From Octopus vulgaris (taxonomy: Eukaryota), in NCBI GenBank assembly GCA_951406725.2, contig OX597837.1:5828001-5892000 (forward strand): DNA of 64,000 nucleotides, read 5' to 3'. Position 1 is the stretch's first letter. Every line of letters begins with the position of its first letter. Made by a program: the position numbers and the translations under genes. Of the stretch, positions 1 through 15,938 are shown in pieces. Below the pieces are notes generated by a model, which saw only the letters and a program-made list of their open reading frames with translations, had not been told where the DNA came from and made no database searches.

Positions 1-655
1 GACAATTTAGATTACATCGAATTATTCTCATCATGTTGATAAGCAAACCGTTTCTTCCTCGTTGGCGATCGAATACAAATTATAGAAACTGAAGTCAAAT
101 ATCTGACCTTCTGATCAATTTACTCCTCAATGGAATCTCCATCACTAAAATCACAATTCCACATCAATTTCCTGTCAGCAAATTTCAAATTCTCTCTTTC
201 TAAATACGACAGTTTTGTTATATTATTTGTTTTTCTCTGTTTACTTGTTTTTCCTTAAAGAAAAATATCTTGTAGAAGTTGCTCTAATTATTATTATTAT
301 TACTATTATTATTATTATTATTATTATCATTATTATTATTATTATTATTATTATCATTATTGTTGTTGTTATTATTATTACTATTATTATTATTATTATT
401 ATGTTTGTTGTTGTTGTTGTTATTGTTGTTGTTATCATTATTTTTAGCATTTCTCTTGTAAATTTTTGAACCCTTATTATAATATTCCTCATCCCCTTCC
501 TCCCCTCTCCTTGTCTTCTTCTTCTTCTTCTTCTTCTTTTTGAAATTGTTATTTAATATTTTCGTGATTTTTGTATTGTTATCAATGTTATTGTTAATAT
601 TATTGTGGTTTTATTAGAATTAATAATATTATTATCATAATTGTTGCTCTTGTTC

Positions 656-702
<47 letters not shown>

Positions 703-732
703 TTATTCTTATTCTTATTCTTATAATTATTA

Positions 733-805
<73 letters not shown>

Positions 806-1426
806 TGTGTCTTATTCCAAAATCACTCGAAACAAGCAGAACAATATCAATATTTAAATAATTTGATCTATTTCATTGAAATGATAATCGAGGAGGTTAA
901 GCGGAAGTTGATATCCTGAAGACGCTGTGCCATTTTGTATCCACTTCCGCCTTCATTCAGAAACGACAAAGGAACAACGTCACAAGCTTATACAGGAAGA
1001 TGGAAGTATTTTCTACGTTGTCTACTTTCTTTCCAGGTCTACACATATATTTCCCTATTTATTCACAGCAATGTATCCAAGCATTTATCTCTCCATCTCC
1101 CACTTTCTCTCTCTTTCTATTTATCTACGTATCTTTCAATATGAGCGTTTCTCGATCATATCTTTATATCGATCTATCCACCTCTCCGTCAATCTCGTCT
1201 AGACACATTTATACATTTCTCATTGTATAAATATGCGAGTGTATAAGTATGCATATATGCACACATGCATTCATATTGGTTTATCTCTTGAGTTAGTGTG
1301 ACTGGGTAAATATTAGGCAAAACTGGAAGTTCCACTTCATTATAAATTCTATCAATAAAACGACGATAGACAAGTTAGCACAAATGTACACACAGAGATC
1401 CATCACACACATCCACGAGCGTATGG

Positions 1427-1471
<45 letters not shown>

Positions 1472-1620
1472 TACATATATATATACGCAAGTATATACAT
1501 ATATTTATCTATATATCTATGTAGACACAGATATGCACAGACATATATATATATATTATATATATATGTATATATATATATATATATATATACATATATA
1601 TATTATATATATATAGTATA

Positions 1621-1657
<37 letters not shown>

Positions 1658-2375
1658 TTATAATACTAATTTATATTTTATATGTATTTTTATATAGGCA
1701 TATATATACACACACACGCAAGTGCAGAATCGTCATCAAAATTGCTGTTTTCATCAGCGTAATCACCGTCGTCATCGTCGTCGTCTCCTGTGGTCGTCGT
1801 CGTTGTCATCATTAATTAACATCAAGCTAAAACATCCAATTGAAACAAATCAGTTATATATTGAGAAACATCTAACAGTCAGCCAAAAATAGCTGCAACT
1901 GCAATATCTGAAAGACAAAACCAATTAGTTAGAAATTATCTGCAATCAACATTGTAGCAACTGGCGAGACGCTCAAAATTGAATACATAAAACACACACA
2001 CTCGCTTTGCAATATTTACGGACGTAATTTCAACGTCTCTATCGAAACACAATGGGGACTCTAAACATAATGAAAACATAAAAGAGGAAAATCAGAGAAA
2101 ATCATTTTTCCAGTGATTCAATCATTGGCTGACCGACTTTCTGACCAGGCGATTATCTCCTACGTACTGAAAGTTAGAAACAAACGAATAAACACGCAAA
2201 CATGCAGGCAAATATGTAGAATCATGCATTTGTACAATTTGTGTGCGTGTATATATATATATATATGAGATAATGGTGTCGTTGAGACCCAAAGGTGTCC
2301 TAGAAACAGCTGTAAGACCTTCTATCTGTAATATCTATACAGAGTTGTTTTTGTTTTTCTTATTACGCAAAATAT

Positions 2376-2438
<63 letters not shown>

Positions 2439-2697
2439 TGTACTTAATGACTGACAAAGGGAGGTAAGTACCCAGCATACAGAGCCGGATCGTGATTTCG
2501 GATTCTGCTGGAAACCAGCTGCGTACGCTGCGGATGTACCTCCCTTTTTTAGTCTCTAAATCAGTGATTTTGTAGCGTTTGAGTTTGTTTAACCTTTAGC
2601 AAAAGCGGTGCTAGTCTGTACCCCTTGTCAAATTCGTGACATCTATTAATTTTGACTTTAAGTTCTAATTGTTAATAAGCCACTCTTTTAATTTTTG

Positions 2698-2851
<154 letters not shown>

Positions 2852-3339
2852 CAAATCGGATGGGTTATACCTGGTGTAGCACGATCACTTTCTTCTGTTT
2901 CTTTGGGACATCACCTTGGAGAATTTTTAGTCGACTGAATCGACGATAGTGCTTATTTTTTCAAACCTGGCACATATTCTATCGATCTCTTTTGGCGAAT
3001 CGCTAAGGAACGGTGTGTAAACATGGTCAGCTTGAGGCTATAGTAGAAGACATGCCCAATGTCACAGCAGTGGGAGTGAACCCGGGGCCATTCGGTCAGG
3101 ACTTAAGCTTCTTACCACACAGCCAAACCTGAGCCTATATATGATATGATTGATTGATTGATTCTAGTTTCAGCTTATGAGCTGTGGCCATGCTGGGGCA
3201 CCGCCATATATGAGTGAGTGGACAATCGAAAGAAAGGAAACTCAGCATATTTATCGGAGGTTAGCGGTCTAAAAAGAGGCTCCGTTGGGGGCTTCGAAAC
3301 TTGAAGTTGCACAGAATCCGCATCAAAAACTTTTGAACA

Positions 3340-3469
<130 letters not shown>

Positions 3470-3666
3470 TTATACCACGTTGCTGGTCAAGCCAGAATTG
3501 TTTTACGAAATACATCAGCAGAAATAACAGATTCAGAAAATTAACGCAGGAGTGGCTGTGTGGTAAGTAGCTTGCTTACCAACCACATGGTTCGGGTTCA
3601 GTCCCACTGCGTGGCATCTTGGCTGAGTCAGTAGACGGCAACTGAATAAATCCCTTCGTATATATG

Positions 3667-3750
<84 letters not shown>

Positions 3751-3754
3751 TATA

Positions 3755-3988
3755 CACAAGGACTTTGAACACACAAGAGTAACCAAGATAGACAGAGACA
3801 GGCAGAGACAAGGAAAATGCCACTTGTATTTGAACACTACACAAATATTCTTTAAAAAAATCTTTTCTTTTAATTTTTCCAAATTTAATTATTTAATTGT
3901 TACAGTTGAGAAAGTCTCAATGACTGAAACCGGTATACTGAAATGTTTTTTTATAAAATTATTTTAGTATTTTCTATCTTGACTTTTT

Positions 3989-3992
<4 letters not shown>
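3755..3992 (+). mobile_element. Diverged F3 copy inserted in the internal (TA)n of a SINE
   Basis: Aligns by eye with 36060-36283 (gaacacacaag, aatgccactt, tgaacactac, aaatttaattatttaat, gaaaccggta). Confidence 0.8.
3899..3944 (+). ncRNA. Minimal hammerhead ribozyme with U3:A8 variant core (F3)
   Basis: gttacag-TTGAGAA-agtc tcaat gact-GAAAC-cg-GTA-(ta)-ctgaaat; stem II covaries with the 36203 copy; 2-nt insertion after the cleavage site. Confidence 0.68.
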
Positions 3993-4036
<44 letters not shown>

Positions 4037-4757
4037 GTGTGTGTGTGTGTGTAAGTCACCTCAGCATTGCGTGTTTACGTTCCAGTAACTTAGCTGTTCG
4101 GGAAAAGGTACCGATAGAATAAGTACTAGGCTTACAAAGAATAAGTCCTGGGGTCGATTTGCTCGACTATCATCGGCGCTCCAGCATGACCGCAGTCAAA
4201 TGACTGAAACAAGTAAAAAGAGAGTGTGTTCGAGCCAGGAGCTACATGGTTTTCAACTGAAATTCTTTATCATACAGCAATGGCTGGCATTTAGAAGATA
4301 TAATCACGACTCATTCTTCGAATAAGGCAATCTAATAGCTTCTAATTAAAAAATATCAACAACAGTGACAAGAATGGCAACAATAACTTCAAGAATAATA
4401 TTTCACTTCTAATAACATAAATGGATTAATCTACGAATTTGAATCTGAGAATGATTTAAAAATTCATATAAAACACAAAAGAAAACAAGAAAACTGCAAA
4501 GAAGCGAAATAGAAAGAAAGAAATATGAGGAAGAAATAAAAATACAAATCTAAAAGGAATAGGAAGAATGAATTAATATTTATAGATAATTCGGAAAAGC
4601 GAAATTAATATTTCAAGATTATTCCAAATATCGAATTTATATTTGAAATAATTCGGCTTACCATATATATATATATGTATATATATAAGATATTATATAA
4701 AATATTATATAATATAATGCAAGTGCAATAATGATGATGATGATAATAATAATAATG

Positions 4758-4816
<59 letters not shown>

Positions 4817-4819
4817 CAT

Positions 4820-5228
4820 AGGCGCAGGAGTGGCTGTGTGGTAAGTAGCTTGCTAACCAACCACATGGTTCCGGGTTCAGTCCCACTGCGTGGCATCTTG
4901 GGCAAGTGTCTTCTGCTATAGCCCCGGGCCGACCAATGCCTTGTGAGTGGATTTGGTAGACGGAAACTGAAAGAAGTCTGTCGTATATATATATGTATAT
5001 ATATATGTATGTATGTGTGTGTATGTGTTTGTATGTCTGTGTTTGTCCCCCTAGCATTGCTTGACAACCGATGCTGGTGTGTTTACGTCCCTGTCACCCA
5101 GCGGTTCGTAAAAGAGACCGATAGAATAAGTACTGGGCTTACAAAGAATAAGTCCCGGGGTCGATTTGCTCGACTAAAGGCGGTGCTCCAGCATGGCCGC
5201 AGTCAAATGACTGAAACAAGTAAAAGAG
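4820..5228 (+). mobile_element. tRNA-derived SINE type A (full length, with internal TA/TG microsatellite)
   Basis: A-box-like gtggctgtgtggtaag, B-box-like gggttcagtccc, body cttgggcaagtgtcttc, tail ggcggtgctccagcatggccgcagtcaaatgactgaaac; many copies in the window. Confidence 0.85.
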
Positions 5229-5249
5229 AAAAAAAAAAAATAATAACAA

Positions 5250-5926
5250 TAATACTTTCTACTGTAGGCACAAGGCCTGAAATTTTAGGGAAGGGGATAG
5301 TCGATTATATCGACCCCAGTGTTTTACTGGTACTTATTTTATCGACCTCGAGAGAACGAAAGGCAAAGTCAACCAAGGCAGAATTTGAACTCAGAATATA
5401 AAGACGGACGAAATACCGCTCAGCATTTCGCCCGGTGTGCTAACGATTCTGCCATCTCGCCTTCTTTAATGATAATAATATTGCTTTCTACTATAAGCAC
5501 AGCACCTGAAACTTTGGGAGAGGAGACTAGTCTATTACATCGACAGAAGGGCATAATTGGTTCTTATTTAATCGACCCTGAAAAGATGAAAGGCAAGGTC
5601 GAAGTCAGTGGAATTTGAACTCACAAAGTAGCGACAGACGAAATACCTCTAAGCATTTTGCCCGGTGTGCCAACTATTCTGCTTGCTCGCCGCCTTTAAC
5701 AATAAAGATAATCCTTTCTACTAGAGGCACAAGGCCTGAAATTTTTTGGGGAGGGGTTAAGCTAATTACATCTATCCCAGTATTCAACTGGTACTTAATT
5801 CGTCGAACGCGAAAGGGTGTAAGGAAAAGTCAACCTCGGCGGAATTTGATCTCAGAACGTAGCCATGGGCAAAATTCCGCTAAGCATTTCGTCCCGCGTG
5901 CTAACGATTCTTCCTGCTCGCCGCCT

Positions 5927-5927
<1 letters not shown>
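5250..5927 (-). mobile_element. Three head-to-tail copies of tRNA-derived SINE type B
   Basis: Each ~220 bp: cctttctact..gcacaaggcctgaaa..ggtacttatt..atcgacc..gaaaggcaaagtc..ggaatttgaactcagaa..gctcgccgcc; separated by (AAT)n. Confidence 0.85.
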
Positions 5928-5966
<39 letters not shown>

Positions 5967-7491
5967 TGATGATGACGATGATGATGATGATGATAATATT
6001 GCATATCATAATAAAAAAAAATCTAACAAACATGAAATGATATTCATATTTTAAGATTTTCGTGGTTTTTGCGCGTGGGTGTTATGAATTAAGAGTGTTA
6101 TGAAACCTAATATCATTACTTCCATTCCATCAATACCACCATCTTCAGCAGAAACCGTAAAATTAATGCGAACCAGTGACAGGACGTCTGTGCTACCTTC
6201 TCCGATCTGCTCGCAAAAAGCAGCCAAACGTCAGTGAGATCTCGTTTTTCTTTTTTCTGGTATCAACTAATTCCAAGAAACAATAGAAGATGACACTATT
6301 CTTCAATTGGTGGCTTCTCCAGAACATGTGGCCGTTGAATGGGGATCACCATTTGTCCAGATCTGTTCTCAGAGTTGTTGATTTGATCCAAAGGGCGTGA
6401 AACACCAGTTTGTCTACAGAATTTACCGGAAGAGTTGCAGAAGGCCAATATTTTGCAGCAGTTCTCTGTCGTAGCAATAAGAAAATGCAACGCAAAGTGG
6501 TTGTTGAGACAGGGCGAATATATCCAGTAAGTAAGAGTCAAAAAAAATATTACTCTGAGTATCAGATAAAGTCATCACAAAGGATCATGAAAAGAAGTAG
6601 CCTAGGTATATACCTTTCTTGGTAATTTCTGTCAATATTACATAATATCTTATGTCCAGTGTAAGTGCTACCGCTCTCTTGCGTGTAGACTTGTTCTTTC
6701 TTTGTAGTTTCTGACGGAGAAGATCTTATCTTTTGCTATAATCAGAGAAATGATGTGTGCCTTTTCATTCACGACCCTGTACGTCAGTTGCTCACCGAAA
6801 CGTATTGGTCGGTAGGATAAGTATACCAGTCTAAAGAATATGAACTTCAGTCGATTTGGTCGTCAATCCTACCATAATCGCAATCGAATGATTGAAACAA
6901 GGAGAAGCAATAACGTTTGCATTAGTGGTCCATTCTTCTTCACTGGCACCATCGATAAACCAACTATATTTTGTTGTAATAGATTTTCAGTGGCATTAGA
7001 CAACAACGGTTTTGTTTTTATTCAATCCTTGCATAATCAGAGGACTTATTGACATCTATTGAACGCCAACATTGAAATTTCTTCTTTCGAGGCATTAATT
7101 AGTTATACCTATAAATATAAAATTATATATCGGTTAATTATGTTAGATCAAAGACCATATGTTATTAAAAAAGAAGAATCGATTATAGCAAAAGTGACGA
7201 ATGGAAAATATTTTATCGAGAAAGGGATAAAGAAAATCAAAATCGCCCAAGACAGGATTTGAACTCAGAACAAGTGAGGTTGTAGCAAGTCAATACAAGG
7301 AATATTTTCTAAAGCCAATCTATCACCATGGTATTGATTAGATGTAACATATTGATATATATTTATTTAATATGTCTATACACACGCACTCGTACGTAAA
7401 TATGTGTGTACATATGTGTGCTTTTGCATGTGTGTAAATGTATATATGTGTTTATATATTTGTGTGCATAAATTTATGATGAATATGCATG

Positions 7492-7529
<38 letters not shown>

Positions 7530-7678
7530 ACACATATACATATATGTATAATATCTAGATATATATAGATAACTATACACAGGCAAGAACACCCGTGCAT
7601 ATGTGCATATATATGCCTATATATGTCTGTTTTTATATATATATATATATTGTGTGTGTGTGTGTGTGTGTGTGTGTT

Positions 7679-7741
<63 letters not shown>

Positions 7742-8362
7742 ATATATATGCATACATATATTTGTACATAAATAACTAACACATACACATATATTGCATA
7801 TATACAAATCCAAATACGTAATATAAACTTATATACATGCATACACCTATACGCCAACTCTTTTCCTCTCTCTCACTCACACAAACACACAAACACACAT
7901 ACACATATATACACACACACACAGACACGCATGTAAATACAAACACATACACGCATAAAAATAAGTACATCTTTAATGCTGCCGCAGTATTTTCATTGTG
8001 TAATGCGTTCGTTTTCTTCAAAGCCATTGTTATCCTCGTTCTCCATCGATTGAGGCAGAGACTTGACTGAAAGAGCATTACAACATTATAGAGCAAATTT
8101 ATCTTGACAAAAGCATTTCAGAAATAACTGATTATTGACTTGTTATAGTCTTGTTATTGCCTTTTATTGTCTTGTTACAAACTAACATTACTATAATCAT
8201 AAAGATTATTATTATTCCAATTCTTCATTCTTTGGTTTCGCTGCCGTGTTTATTGTTATTGTTGTTGCAATATTTTACATACATATACACATGCAAGTGT
8301 GTATGCGTGTATATGTCCACACATAAATATATATATGATTTCTATTTATATATATATAAGAG

Positions 8363-8417
<55 letters not shown>

Positions 8418-8479
8418 ATATGTGTATAGATAAGAGATTATATATATATATATATGTATGTAGTATATATGCGTCCTTG

Positions 8480-8612
<133 letters not shown>

Positions 8613-9055
8613 TTATATATGTAGTATATATGCGTTCTTGTATGCATGTATGTATGTATGTATGTATGTATGTATGTATGTATGTGTGTGTGTGTGTGTA
8701 TAAGATTTTCGTGTTTCTACGTGGACGTCTTTATGTTATTATCTTCCGTCATTATTTCAAAGAAATAAAAATAGATTATTTCGGTTGGGAATTGAAGGAA
8801 TAATTGTAAATGTGTTTCTCTCTGTTTCTCCCCCCACCCGAATCTCGCCTTCTCTCTTTCTTTCTCTCTCACCCCCTCTCTGTTTGTAAGTATATACAGA
8901 CGTACCAACATACATGCATGCCTACATACATTTATATGGACATATATTTATACGCAATATAATAAATATTTAGACCTCTCCATCTCTCTATCTCTCTATC
9001 TGTCTGTCTTTTTCTCTATCTACCTATTTATCTAGCTATCTATCGATATATATAC

Positions 9056-9130
<75 letters not shown>

Positions 9131-9137
9131 TGAATTT

Positions 9138-9168
<31 letters not shown>

Positions 9169-9198
9169 TATATGTAAATATTGACGTATACATTAGTC

Positions 9199-9230
<32 letters not shown>

Positions 9231-9340
9231 GATAGATAGATATACATATATAGGCATGCATGCATATGTTTATATATATATATATGCGTACGTACATGCA
9301 TACATACATACATACATACATACATACACACGCACACACA

Positions 9341-9397
<57 letters not shown>

Positions 9398-9929
9398 CCA
9401 CATCTCTATATATGCGTACTCACACCATTAACTTCTCTTGGCGTGGGCCCTCAACTTCGAATGCAGTTGCTGGACCTCGTTATGGCACGTTGCTTTCACT
9501 AACGTGCCAGGTCTTTACGTTGTCCATTTTTCCTCTCGACCGGTCTTTGTTTTTCAGATTGCCGACTTTGTATCTGTGTTAAAAACAAATTTTATGTAGC
9601 AATGCGCTATGTACACCGCGCAGTAAAATATACAAACGAAAAGCTTCCCATATATTATACAGCCATTGATACGTTGCTAGTTATGGGAAGAAGGTGATAA
9701 TGCTGTCTTTATGTCCCTAATATTTTATAGGATTTCATTGCTTATCTTTACTTCTCAACTGTTGGTTACCGTACGGTTACGCTTGAAAGGCCTATCAAGA
9801 ATGGCGAATCAGGGGTTTCCTTTGTCACACCTTGTATTTCCAAACGTGAAAATATGTTTAGAGAAATGTGGAACGATATCTGCTCCACCATTTAAACCTG
9901 GATATGACCGCCCTATAACGATTATATCA

Positions 9930-9960
<31 letters not shown>

Positions 9961-11130
9961 TGTGTGTCTGTGTGTGTGAGTGTGTGTATTCATATATGTA
10001 GATATATGTGTGCATGTATTTATATTTATGTGTGCGTGTATAAAAGTTTATACTGTGCAGTTATATACATGCGTATGTTTGTAGAGGCGTGTATTAAAAG
10101 TATATGCATACATACGTCTACGAGTTTATATATGTATATGTGTGTTTGAATGTGCGCGTGTATGTGTACAGTTTACAAGTGTATGTATGTATGTATGTAT
10201 ACATGTATGTATGCATGTTTGCATGCTTGTATAGGCATACCTGAGTATGTGCATTGATAAATCGATATCTATAATTGTGTGTATGTCTATGTATTTTGCT
10301 GACGGTGTATGTCTTAGTAAGTACGTATGTTGATAGATTTATTATTCTCTTGTGAGATAAGAATAAAAGGAAATCACTTAGCTATAGAACCGGAACCTTC
10401 CTAGATACATTAACACACGGAAATAAGCGATAATCGGATTGAGGCGCGCACATATATAAATGTCTATTCATACACGCACGCGAATACAAAAGCGCACGCA
10501 CATTAAACGCAGGGTAGTTCACGCACGCGCATCATGTCGCCGGCATGCCACATAGAGGCACACTTGTACACACAAGCACTCGTGCACAGTCTATGCGCAT
10601 AAGCATTGACCAATCAAAACGAGACCTTAAACCATAACGAAACATATTTACAGCCACATACTGCCAATTACACACACAGACTTTGCCTATTACCCACACG
10701 CACACACATTGCCGATTACACGTACATATACATACACATAAATAAATACATTGTTGCAAATACCAAAATGTTTATATACACACACAAAACGCAATACTTT
10801 GAATTCCATTTTATTCAGACAGATCTGGACCAACATTGATGCAGTCGCTGAAGCTAACAAACTATGATAACAAACCATCTGACTGACCGATAGATCAAAC
10901 GATCTGCTGATCAGTAGAAGAGTCATTTACTTCGGTAGTTCACTATTAATTAATTAGTAAATATAAAAAGTGAAGCGGAACCGTTGCATGTTATTTTAGC
11001 CGTGAACGACGTTCCCAGTTTACAAATGCTTCTGCGTCAACATATGTTTTCACATGAAGAATATTGCAAAAATAATACAAACAACATCTACACACACAGA
11101 CACACACACATACACACACACATACACACG

Positions 11131-11165
<35 letters not shown>

Positions 11166-11236
11166 ACTCACATATACACAACAGATGCACAGACACACAA
11201 GTATATGTCTGCGCGGACGCATACACACATACTCAT

Positions 11237-12042
<806 letters not shown>

Positions 12043-12388
12043 TAAAAAAAATTATATATATATAAGAATACAAAAAATGGGGCAAGAACACAACAGGCGA
12101 CAACAAAACATCAAGACAGATGATACGATAAGGGACAAGAAAAGCAAGGACGTGTGTGTGTGTGTGTGTCCGAATGTATGAGAGTGTATGTGTGTGCGTG
12201 TGGGAATGTGTTCGTGTTCGTCCCCCCACCACCGCTTGATATGCGCTGTTAGTGTGTTTGCGCCTCCCCAAATTATCGATCCCACAAAAGAAACCGATTG
12301 AATAAGTACCAGTGTGAAGTACCCATTGATCAATTAAAAATATTAGTTGGAAACAGCTGTAACGAAATGGACACCTAGCCATCGTTTG

Positions 12389-12432
<44 letters not shown>

Positions 12433-13336
12433 GTACTGGGAGAATAAGAACGGAACGAAGCGAACGAATCGAATCGAACCCGACGCGAGGGCGCTGTCAA
12501 ACAATAGTGTAATAAATATATATATATATGTAACCAATGGGCTGTAAAACTGTAACTGAAGAGCGAAACGCGCTAGTGCGAACTGCTATGCTTAACCACT
12601 TCGCTATCACCCCTCCTCCCCTTCTCTTCCTCTCTTCCTCCTCCTCCTCCCCCTCTTCCTCTCCTATATTTATATGTTTTAAAGTCTATATTTTTTATCT
12701 GTATATTTTAAATTTGTCTTCTAAATTCCTTTTGTCTGTAATAACATTATTGAAAGGTACCCATAAAAATTAATTGATTTTATTTTTTTGGCAGCTGCCA
12801 ACCTAAATGGCCAAAAAAATAAAGCAAGGAAATACGAGTAAAATTAAACAAAATATATTAGACAAAAATGATAACAGAATTTGATAGTTTATATATGAAT
12901 AACAATACAGAATACAATAGACATGGCGGAATAATGAACACAACTATAGACTGCGATATATAGCTTTGTGGTTAAGAAGTTCGTGTTGGAACCATTTGTT
13001 TCTGAAATCGATCTTAGATCATAAGAACGTTGATGACTAACGTTTTGATATCGTACCTGGTTGACTAATGATGCGTTGTGGAGTGGAAAATTGTCTACGG
13101 ATACTGAGAAAGCGCGTGATATATATATATATATATGTAAATATTAAATTTTAATGTTATGTATGTCTCCTAGCCACGTCTGAGAGATGAAAGGTAAGGA
13201 GTATTAAGTTCATTGCATGGGTGGTTCTTTAACACAACAAAAGGATAAGAGGCATAGCAGACATCAAGGTAATGTAAACAACAACGTGAAGTTAAGTTAT
13301 GCTCTAATTCTGTTAAATCACTGCTTTTTGATCGCT

Positions 13337-14245
13337 AATATTGGTTTAATGCTTTAATACGGACTTAAAATTCCGACGAGGTCGACTTTGCCTTTCATCA
13401 TTTCGGGGTCGATAAATTAAGTACCTGTTGCGTAATGGGGTCGATGTAATCGACTGGCCCCTCTCCCAAAATTACGGACCTTGTACTTAGATTTGAAAAG
13501 AATATTGGTTTGATATTTCAATGCGGACATTAAATTCTTCCGAGGTCGACTTTGCCTTTCATCATTTCGGGGTCGATAAATTAAGTACCCTTTGCGTAAT
13601 GGGGTCGATCTAATCGTCTGGCCCCCTCTCCCAAAATTATGGACCTTGTGCCTACAGTAGAAAAGAGTATTGGTTTAATATTTCAATGCGGACTTTAAAT
13701 TCTTCCGAGGTCGACTTTGCCTTTTATCATTTCAGGGTCGATAAATTAAGTACCCTTTGCATAATGGGGTCGATCTAATCGACTGGCCCCTCTCCCAAAA
13801 TTACGGACCTTGTATCTGAGTAGAAAATTATATTGGTTTAATATTTCAATGCGGACTTTAAATTCCGCCGAAGTCGACTTTGCCTTTCATCATTTCGGGG
13901 TCGATAAATTAAGTACCCTTTGCGTAGTGGGGTCGATCTAATCGACTGGTCGCTCTCCCAAAATTACGGACCTTGTATGTAGATTTGAAAAGAATATTGA
14001 TTTAATATTTCCATGCGGACATTAAATTCCACCGAAGTCGACTTTGACTTTCATCATTTCGGGGTCGATAAATTAAGTACACTTTGCGTAATGGGGTCGA
14101 TCTAATCGACTGGCCCCTCTCCCAAAATTTTGGACCTTGTACCTGAGTAGAAAATTATATTGGTTTAATATTTCAATGCGGACTTTAAATTCCGCCGATG
14201 TCGACTTTGCCTTTCATCATTTCGGGGTCGATAAATTAAGTACCA
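13337..14245 (+). repeat. Tandem array of about 5.5 x ~165-bp units derived from the SINE type B body and tail
   Basis: Unit starts (tattggttt) at ~13337, 13501, 13667, 13831, 13994 and 14158; each contains gtcgactttgcctttcatcatttcggggtcgataaattaagtac. Confidence 0.9.
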
Positions 14246-14423
14246 GGTGTGTACAGGGGAAAGTTGTTTATAGAGACCAGCTGTAGCCCATGCATACAGA
14301 CCTCCCCTCTCCATGCCACCAGTGTTATCCATGGGAAAGGTAAAGGCCGATAAGGTTTGGCATGTGTGACGTCGCAACTCGTTTCTACAGGTGAGTGAAC
14401 GGGAGCAACGTGAAATATGTATG

Positions 14424-14472
<49 letters not shown>

Positions 14473-14476
<4 letters not shown>

Positions 14477-14672
14477 GAATTTTACAAAAAGGTAAACGCA
14501 ACAAAAGACGATGACAGGTGTGCAAACAACAAAGAGATGTATTGGTTTAACGCCCGGGAAGTGAGAAAGTCTTCTACGTTTCGAGCCTACGTTCTTCGAC
14601 AGAAAGGGACACAGAAATGAACAGAGAGAAAAATATAAAAAATGCGTAGTGGCTGGCGATCAATCGTGGCAC
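14473..14672 (-). mobile_element. HHR-like element family F4
   Basis: Similar to 40880-41020 (+) and 47865-48045 (-); lies between (TA)n and (CA)n tracts. Confidence 0.75.
14571..14606 (-). ncRNA. Minimal hammerhead-like motif with CUGUCGA core (F4)
   Basis: cuuu-CUGUCGA-A-gaac guag gcuc-GAAAC-GUA-gaag on the minus strand. Confidence 0.6.
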
Positions 14673-14679
14673 GAACACG

Positions 14680-14780
<101 letters not shown>

Positions 14781-15379
14781 ACACACTCACACATACTCAA
14801 ACACACTCTCCTGTGAAATAATTCCTGGAATCGATAAGAATGTATAAAGAGCACCCCTGATAGAGGTACCCCAGTTTGGGCACAGACCTATAACAGAAAA
14901 TAGTGAAAGAGTATTTTTTGAAAAAGTCAGTAATAACATTCTTGTAAAGCACCTATAAAAATTAATTGAATTTTTTTTCATCCGCTGACTTAAATAGGCA
15001 ATAAAATAACATGAAAAACTAAAATTAATACAAAAAAGAAGAATAAAATAACATTGATAGTTAATATATGTAATATAAAATAGAAATGGTAATATAATTA
15101 ACTAACAGACAACTCGTTCTCTTTCCTATATTCCCAGCACCTTTCTAAAACTCTACATTATTGTTTTGCGATTATTTTTTGTAATTCCTGGAAATATTTA
15201 AATGATGAAAATTTCCATTAAAATAAATAAATATACTATTTAACCACATGGGGAATATATTAGATAGGAAAAACGTCATTCGAATAAGTTATCCATTCTA
15301 CACTGGTATGAATAAGATTTTGTGTCAAATTAAATATTTATTATGTTTTTGTATTATCCACCTTTATCTTATGCGTTTT

Positions 15380-15938
15380 ACTAATTTCAGTCATTAGACA
15401 ACGACCATACTGAGGTGGGGGCGTCTTGAAGAAGTTTTGGTCGGATGAATGGACACCAGAACTCATATTGTGTTCAGCGGGGTACTTATTCAACCGGTTT
15501 CTTTTGCGGAATCGCTAAATTGCAGCAGAGACGTATCACACTAGCCGGCTGTCAAATGGTTGTGGTGGTGGTGTTGGAAGGAACACACATGCGACCACAT
15601 ACATACATGTATGTATATATATATATATACACACATATATTCTTTCATTCTTTTATTTATTTACTTGTTTCGGTCATTTCATTGCGGCCATGCTGGAGCA
15701 TCGGCTTTTAGGCGAACAAATCGACCGCAGGACTTATTCTTTTTAAGCCTAGTACTTATTCTATCGGTCTCTTTTGCAGAACCGAAAAGTTACGGGGACG
15801 TAAACACACCAGCATCGGTTGTCAAGCGATGGTAGGCGATGGGAACAAACTGAGACACACAAATACAAACATACGCACCCACACACATATATATTCTTTT
15901 ACTTGTTTCAGTTATATGACTGCGGCAGAACTGAAGCA

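Larger units (their letters stand above)
3545..4222 (+). mobile_element. SINE type A split by the F3 insertion
   Basis: 5' half at 3545-3660 and 3' half at ~4060-4222 match 4820-5228. Confidence 0.8.

Noticed and set aside
6230-6830. Higher-complexity segment with short ORFs on both strands
   Set aside because: No recognisable motif in the frames examined; cannot be called without a search.
13165-13205. ctcct...GAAAGGTA-aggag as a possible HHR
   Set aside because: No CUGANGA-like core follows the putative stem I.
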